A stretch of 64,000 nucleotides of DNA from an uncultured Verrucomicrobiae bacterium (GTDB taxonomy: Bacteria; Verrucomicrobiota; Verrucomicrobiia; Chthoniobacterales; JAFAMB01): positions 1,408,001-1,472,000 of the forward strand of contig CAWIPH010000002.1 in assembly GCA_963837955.1 (NCBI GenBank), read 5' to 3'. Under the pieces are notes generated by a model that searched no databases, was not told the DNA's origin, and worked only from the letters and a program-made list of their open reading frames with translations. Position numbers and translations under genes: made by a program. Shown in pieces: positions 58,375 to 64,000 of this stretch. How positions within the stretch are numbered: the first letter of the stretch is position 1; each line of letters starts with the position of its first letter.

Positions 58375-61300
58375 ATGAAATCAGGCGTACACTCGAGCGA
58401 TTTGAAGGTACGGGGACGCGGGACGCGTCAACCGAGAGAAAAAGGCCTCAAAATTGAGCGCGTTTTTAGCCGAAAAGGCGCCTCGCCATTGGACGAGATC
58501 AATTGGGAACGGCGAACTGCTGAAATCACCGATGACAGTGGAAAGGCGATTTTCCGGCAGGAAGACGTGGAAGTGCCAGAGAATTGGAGCCCTCTGGCCA
58601 CAAAAATAGCTGTTTCAAAGTATTTTTATGGCGACATAGCCAACGGCAACGATCCATACCGAGGGGGACGAGAAAGCTCAGTTCGGCAACTAATACATCG
58701 GGTTACCCGAACGATTACGGATTGGGGTCGTCAGGATGGATACTTTGCCGATGCGAATGCGGCCGAGACTTTTTATGACGAACTGACCTGGCTCTGCGTG
58801 AACCAACACGGCGCATTCAATAGCCCGGTTTGGTTTAACGTCGGTTTGTACCAACAGTATGGGATCGGTAAAGGCTGCGGTCAGGGAAATTTCTTCTTCA
58901 ATCGCCAGAAGCAAGAAGCGGAACGGGCGGCCAGCCAATATGAATACCCACAAGCGTCGGCCTGCTTTATCCAAGCCGTGGACGACACCATGGAAGACAT
59001 CATGCGCCTCGCTACCAGCGAAGCGATGCTGTTCAAATATGGCAGTGGAACGGGAAGCGATCTATCGACGCTGCGTAGTACCAGAGAAAAGCTCAGCGGA
59101 GGAGGTCGTCCGAGCGGACCGCTATCGTTCCTTAAGGTCTACGATCAAGTAGCCAATGTTGTAAAGAGTGGCGGTAAGACGCGGCGGGCGGCCAAGATGA
59201 ATACGTTAAAGGATTGGCATCCGGACATTGAGGAATTCATCGAAGCGAAAACCAAGGAAGAGAAAAAGGCTTGGGCCCTCATCGAGCAGGGGTATGACGG
59301 CAGCTACAACGGGGAGGCGTACGGCTCGATCATGTACCAAAACGAGAATCTCTCCGTGCGGGTGAGCGATGAATTCATGCATGCCGCTATCGAAGAAAAA
59401 GAGTGGTGGACCCACCGTGTGCTTGATGGAAAGCCGTGCGAGAAAAAAGAAGCGCGGTCGATGCTGCGCAAGATCGCTGAAGGTACGCACATTTGTGGTG
59501 ACCCCGGCATGCAGTTTGATAGCACCATTCACCGATGGCATACCTGCAAAGGAACCGCGCGCCAGAATTCGACGAATCCCTGCTCGGAATATCTCTTTCT
59601 CGACAACACGGCTTGCAATCTGGCCTCTCTGAACCTGATGAAGTTTAAGCGGGAGGACGGGAATTTTGACGTTGAGCGGTTCAAAGCGGCCGTGCGCATC
59701 TTTATCACGGCGCAAGAGATCCTGGTCGATAATGCTAGCTACCCGACGAAAGAGATCGCGGAGAATAGTCACATCTTTCGCACTCTCGGCCTCGGATTCG
59801 CCAACCTCGGTGCGTTGGTCATGAGCTACGGCCTTGGCTACGATTCAGATGAGGCTCGCGCTCTGGCCGGTTCCATTACTTCGATCATGACCGGCGAAGC
59901 CTACTCGCACAGTGCCAAGATCGCGCAGGAGCTAACGCCGTTTCCCGGTTATTGGGACGCGCGAGCCTGCGGTATACCGAAACCGATCTCGGCGGATAAT
60001 ACCGAATCGATGCTGGAGGTTATTCGATTGCATCGAGAGGCCTGCGATCGGATCCAGGATTCCGCAGATTTTCACCATCTCAAAGTCGAAGCGGCGCGCT
60101 CCTGGGATCGCGCCTTGAGCTTGGGCCAAAAGCATGGCTTTCGAAACGCTCAAGTCACGGTATTAGCGCCCACTGGTACTATAGGTTTCCTGATGGATTG
60201 CGACACGACCGGTATCGAGCCTGATATCGCTTTGGTGAAATACAAGTTACTAGCGGGGGGCGGGATGCTGAAGATCGTAAACCAGACCGTGAGGCCGGCG
60301 CTGGAAAAGCTGGGGTACACAGCCGAAGCGACAGAGAAGATCCTGCAGCATATCAACGAACATGACACGATCGAGGATGTGCTTGTTCCGGAGACCAACC
60401 GGGTCGTTCCGAGTGGGTTAAAGCCCGAACATCTGCCCGTATTCGATTGTGCGTTCAAACCGTTTAAGGGCAAACGAAGCCTGCATTATCTCGGCCATCT
60501 TCGGATGATGGCGGCGTGCCAGCCGTTCTTAAGTGGCGCGATCTCGAAGACCGTCAATTTACCTACCGACGCTTCGGTCGAAGAGATCATGAACACCTAT
60601 ATCGAGGGCTGGCGTCTGGGATTGAAAGCGATTGCGATCTACCGGGACGGTTCTAAGCGTTCCGCGCCGCTTAACACTAAAAAGACGAAAGATATGGGCG
60701 GCGATGAGCTTGACACGAGTGCGACCGATGAGGCCGGACGACTGAAAGCCCGGATTGCCGAACTCGAGCAAGTAGTTGTGGGGTTGCATCAGCCCTCCCG
60801 CAACCGCATGCCGGATACGCGCGTTTCGCTGACGCATAAGTTTGAGATCGCCGGGCATGAAGGCTACGTCACCGTTGGTCTTTACGAAAATGGCCAGCCG
60901 GGAGAGTTGTTCATTCAGATGGCCAAGGAAGGCAGCACGATCGGAGGCTTGATGGATACCGTCGCGACGCTGACCTCGATTGCGCTGCAGTATGGAGTTC
61001 CGTTAGAAAGTTTGGTGAAAAAGTTTGCCTACCAGCGGTTTGAACCGAGCGGTTTCACCAAAAATCCAGACATCCGAAATGCTACCAGTATTACGGACTA
61101 CGTCTTCCGTTGGCTTGGCTGCCAGTTCATACCCGGGTATAAAGAGGCGACTTCACCGAATCGTTCGCAGCCTGATCTGCCGATGCGGGAGATCTCGGAC
61201 ATTGAGAGGAAGGCGGTGAACCGGCCGGTGGCGGAACTACCCCGCACAGCAGAAAAAGAGATTATCGACGTGATTACTAATCGGTCTAATTCGGAAGGGA

Positions 61301-61494
61301 CGCCGCGATTGCTTTCGAATGGGAACGGCGGGCACGGACAGTCGGTTCAGACGACGCACGCTGACCGAGTACGCGAAGCTTTGGGGAACATGTATATGGG
61401 AGTGAGTTGCTCCCATTGCGGCAGTACAAAAGTGATTCGGGCCGGAGCGTGCGGTGTGTGCACAGAATGCGGCACATCGCAGGGGTGCAGTTAA
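58375..61494 (+). CDS. nrdJ: Class II (adenosylcobalamin-dependent) ribonucleotide reductase with TSCPD domain and C-terminal Zn ribbon
   Basis: FNSPVWFN, SACFI, NPCSE, ACNLASLN, APTGTI, YRDGSK, CSHC...CTEC. Confidence 0.95.
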   Translation: MKSGVHSSDLKVRGRGTRQPREKGLKIERVFSRKGASPLDEINWERRTAEITDDSGKAIFRQEDVEVPENWSPLATKIAVSKYFYGDIANGNDPYRGGRESSVRQLIHRVTRTITDWGRQDGYFADANAAETFYDELTWLCVNQHGAFNSPVWFNVGLYQQYGIGKGCGQGNFFFNRQKQEAERAASQYEYPQASACFIQAVDDTMEDIMRLATSEAMLFKYGSGTGSDLSTLRSTREKLSGGGRPSGPLSFLKVYDQVANVVKSGGKTRRAAKMNTLKDWHPDIEEFIEAKTKEEKKAWALIEQGYDGSYNGEAYGSIMYQNENLSVRVSDEFMHAAIEEKEWWTHRVLDGKPCEKKEARSMLRKIAEGTHICGDPGMQFDSTIHRWHTCKGTARQNSTNPCSEYLFLDNTACNLASLNLMKFKREDGNFDVERFKAAVRIFITAQEILVDNASYPTKEIAENSHIFRTLGLGFANLGALVMSYGLGYDSDEARALAGSITSIMTGEAYSHSAKIAQELTPFPGYWDARACGIPKPISADNTESMLEVIRLHREACDRIQDSADFHHLKVEAARSWDRALSLGQKHGFRNAQVTVLAPTGTIGFLMDCDTTGIEPDIALVKYKLLAGGGMLKIVNQTVRPALEKLGYTAEATEKILQHINEHDTIEDVLVPETNRVVPSGLKPEHLPVFDCAFKPFKGKRSLHYLGHLRMMAACQPFLSGAISKTVNLPTDASVEEIMNTYIEGWRLGLKAIAIYRDGSKRSAPLNTKKTKDMGGDELDTSATDEAGRLKARIAELEQVVVGLHQPSRNRMPDTRVSLTHKFEIAGHEGYVTVGLYENGQPGELFIQMAKEGSTIGGLMDTVATLTSIALQYGVPLESLVKKFAYQRFEPSGFTKNPDIRNATSITDYVFRWLGCQFIPGYKEATSPNRSQPDLPMREISDIERKAVNRPVAELPRTAEKEIIDVITNRSNSEGTPRLLSNGNGGHGQSVQTTHADRVREALGNMYMGVSCSHCGSTKVIRAGACGVCTECGTSQGCS

Positions 61495-61592
61495 CCGAAT
61501 CTGCAGTTTGTTGGCGAGAGACGCATCCTCTTGTTGCTTGTGACGGACAAGAGGATGCTTTTTCATGTCTGAATGAGTGCGCAGCTAGGATT

Positions 61593-61665
61593 CCGGGGTT
61601 GAAACCCCGGCCGGGGAGGGCGCACGTCCTCGTGCGCCGCGGATCGCGAGGACGCGATCCCTCCC
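61593..61665. repeat. CCGGGGTTGAAACCCCGG hairpin plus 52-bp REP-like unit
   Basis: 61614-61665 differs from 4996-5047 at one position. Confidence 0.85.
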
Positions 61666-61722
61666 CGCCACCAGACTGTCTGATCTCATTGCCGTTGCTC
61701 GACAACGTGTTTCGTCCGACCA

Positions 61723-63099
61723 TCACGCATCGAGCGGCTTAGAGATGTTCTCGATCAAATGCGGAAACCTGCAATCCCGGCAATCATTCCGATTGGCCAG
61801 ACAAAAGTCCTCAAAGATTTGCAGAAGACCCTGTTGTTGAAATAAGAAACGCGTATACCCGCGGGCACGTTCGTGATCACCGAACAAACGTAAGCCAGCC
61901 AGTTCCAAATGTTTGTTACCTAGCTCCGCCCGCACTTGCTTAAACGATTCCCAGTCAGCCGCTTTAGAAAACGTCACTAGCGGAAGGAGAACGTTAGCGA
62001 GGATCTCTTTGACTCTGGCTTTGCCGAGCAAGGCTATTGGGACAGGAGTCGCGACCGAGTGGAGCGTGTAATGGAAATTCCAAAACGCATGGCTCAATCC
62101 TTCAAGCCAATGACAAACTTTCGTGAGATCATTGGATTGCTTTCTAAATTCCGACCAACGACTGGCCAGCACAGCTAAAGTACCAAGTCGCCGATGCGGG
62201 TGGTTGGCTGGACGACTACCGCTGAGTTTCCAGTGCTCGGCTGCTAGAAGAAGAGAATGCAGCTCGCTCCGCACCTTCCACCAACGGGTCCAGAGACCGG
62301 CGGCATAGTGACTGGGAGGAAGCAAGTTTTTGGATGGATCAGCCGATTCCAGAAATCCGGCTAACCCGAAAAGAACCGCCTCCGCCGATTCCGGATCGCG
62401 ACGAAGCCGTTGCAGAGTGACTCGTTGAGCCAAAATTAGAAACGGAACTTTATTCCATTTGTAGCCGAGGGCTATGGCCAGCGCTTGAAAGAGCGCCTCA
62501 TCAATCCCGTGAATGTGGACCGCTCGTCGCAACAATTGGCTCTTGTGTTCAAGCCGTACGCGGGCTGCGGTTTCCAGTATTTGATCGACCTCCCGATCGG
62601 TGAGCCGCGCCAACGGAGCGCAACAAGCGCCTCGCTTTGCCAAATTCACTTCGTCCTGAACGAGTGTCGAACGACAATCCCGCGTTAATTCCAGTTGAAG
62701 AACCTCGCGGTGCTCGATCGTGCGGGTAAAGCAAGAGACCCCGGAATGTCTTAGGAAAACATGAAGGATGACGTTTCGAAAGGCGCGATTTTCGCCGTGG
62801 CGATGTCGTTCCCAGTCGGCCGCCGAAAGATCGAGCTCGATATCTCCGGCCAAGGTCTGTGTCCCATTGACGCGAATAAGAGCGTGTACAAAATCGGGGC
62901 CAGCTTCCTTGTTCCAGAAGCCAAATTGGATGATCTCAACGGAAGAGCCATCGGTAGAACGAAAGGTCGAACCAAACGCACCGGAGTACCAGAGTGCCTG
63001 ATACTCGAGTTCCGACCAGGCGTGACTCCAGTCATTAGCCGGCTCTTCGACCAAGTCGGATTGGGAACGGAGCGTTTGATACATTGTTTCGAGAGTCAT
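61723..63099 (-). CDS. DUF2851 family protein
   Basis: GFWNKEAGPDF, GDIEL, WERHRH, VILHV, RPANHPHRRL, QQGLLQI, C-terminal Cys cluster. Confidence 0.85.
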   Translation of the reverse strand: MTLETMYQTLRSQSDLVEEPANDWSHAWSELEYQALWYSGAFGSTFRSTDGSSVEIIQFGFWNKEAGPDFVHALIRVNGTQTLAGDIELDLSAADWERHRHGENRAFRNVILHVFLRHSGVSCFTRTIEHREVLQLELTRDCRSTLVQDEVNLAKRGACCAPLARLTDREVDQILETAARVRLEHKSQLLRRAVHIHGIDEALFQALAIALGYKWNKVPFLILAQRVTLQRLRRDPESAEAVLFGLAGFLESADPSKNLLPPSHYAAGLWTRWWKVRSELHSLLLAAEHWKLSGSRPANHPHRRLGTLAVLASRWSEFRKQSNDLTKVCHWLEGLSHAFWNFHYTLHSVATPVPIALLGKARVKEILANVLLPLVTFSKAADWESFKQVRAELGNKHLELAGLRLFGDHERARGYTRFLFQQQGLLQIFEDFCLANRNDCRDCRFPHLIENISKPLDA

Positions 63100-63199
63100 A
63101 TATACATAAAAAAAAGATGTTATTATATGTCAAAGAATTGGTAAAGATATTTGATGAATCCCGTGGAAACGAGGCTTGGGCAGGCGCTTATCCCGGGCA

Positions 63200-63383
63200 C
63201 GGAGGGGCGTCGCTTGCGACGCCCGGGAACAACCCACGATACGACAATACCGGCGGATCTTTGGTCGCGATTCCTCGGTGAGCACTCGAATATTCCCTGG
63301 CGTTGCACGTGTCCCGACGAAGTCTCTTCTGATCGTAAAATAATCACCACAAACTGGCGAAGTCGGAAGCAACGCCCCTCCGA
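63200..63383. repeat. Second, degenerate copy of the 15233-15372 REP-doublet family
   Basis: CGGAGGGGCGTCGCTTGCGACGCCCGGGAA, CGATTCCTCGGT, ATTCCCTGGCGT, CGCCCCTCCGA. Confidence 0.75.
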
Positions 63384-63467
63384 CTCATCGGTTTTCCCGA
63401 CCACAAGCCGCTTGCCTTTCGCTGCGTCCCTGCCGGGACCGAACCGCGGTTCATGACATCCTTAGCT

Positions 63468-64000
63468 CTACTGAAATTTATAAAACTTGAAAATGTCGTG
63501 AGCGGCAGGCTCCGGAAATTCAGACTCTTCCTTTTCGATCAAGGACAGCATCTCCTGTTTCCGGTCCAACTTGAGGAGTAGAGCCAGCTCGTCGATCAGC
63601 GCACGAAATTTGTCCGTGTGGGCGCGGGTCTCCTGACGGGCCCGGGAAAAGCAGTTCAACGCGAGGTCTGCTTGATTTTTCTGCTCGGCTACCACGCCAG
63701 CAAATTCAAAGAAAAGTGGGTTCGTTGCTCCTTGTTGGAGCAAGTCTTGGCTGAGTTGGTCCGGATTCCCCCTGTCTCGATTGCAGAGCTCTTTGAACTT
63801 GGCAAAGACGTTGGTATCCGAGGCAGACGCTGGGTCGGAGTCGCCGAATGGGCGATAGAGAGGGTCTCCTACACAGGTGGTCATCCAGGAAATCGGTAGG
63901 AGCGAAGCATAGGCGCTTTCGGCGAATGTCATCCCCCGCAATAAACGGTCATGAAAGATGTCGAGGGTCGGCGTCAGCGAAAGGTATGGCTCGTAGACGT
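63468..64000 (-). CDS. TIGR03790-family protein, C-terminal part (5' end outside the window)
   Basis: Open to the window edge: VYEPYLSLTP...GMTFAESAY...SWMTTCVGDPLYRPF, followed by TPR-like helices. Confidence 0.8.
   Translation of the reverse strand, partial: VYEPYLSLTPTLDIFHDRLLRGMTFAESAYASLLPISWMTTCVGDPLYRPFGDSDPASASDTNVFAKFKELCNRDRGNPDQLSQDLLQQGATNPLFFEFAGVVAEQKNQADLALNCFSRARQETRAHTDKFRALIDELALLLKLDRKQEMLSLIEKEESEFPEPAAHDIFKFYKFQ

Noticed and set aside
58375..61494. Intein in nrdJ
   Set aside because: The catalytic motifs are contiguous and there is no splice-junction or LAGLIDADG block; the extra length is the TSCPD domain and Zn ribbon

Overview
Bacterial chromosomal window, most likely Verrucomicrobiota (Chthoniobacterales-like). 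This is inferred from DUF2851, TIGR03790, PUR-family and TIR-TolB-TPR genes. It is mostly housekeeping and metabolic: a LacI/GH42 galactoside locus, tnaA, corA, P450, cls, rnr, ppdK, a PAP2-GT39-GT2-CDF operon, gltIJKL, SulP, MFS, dnaX-ybaB, an XylA-like isomerase, rex, frameshifted fumC, mpl, an L,D-transpeptidase and class II RNR with NrdR boxes. Three tRNAs are present (Gly-CCC, Asn-GTT, Arg-CCG). The most unusual items are: (1) a translationally coupled split-borosin pair (9599-10836), with a SonA-like precursor carrying an extra C-terminal helical follower and an OphMA/SonM-type backbone N-methyltransferase; (2) a 527-bp imperfect palindrome (19840-20366) just downstream of tRNA-Gly, with C-GAA-G mini-hairpins at both ends and the apex; (3) an HNH-toxin/YrhA(SUKH)-immunity pair with no delivery domain near tRNA-Arg; (4) several families of REP/REPIN-like intergenic elements. 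No CRISPR array, integrase or transposase was seen. All family calls are from motif recognition by eye, not database searches.
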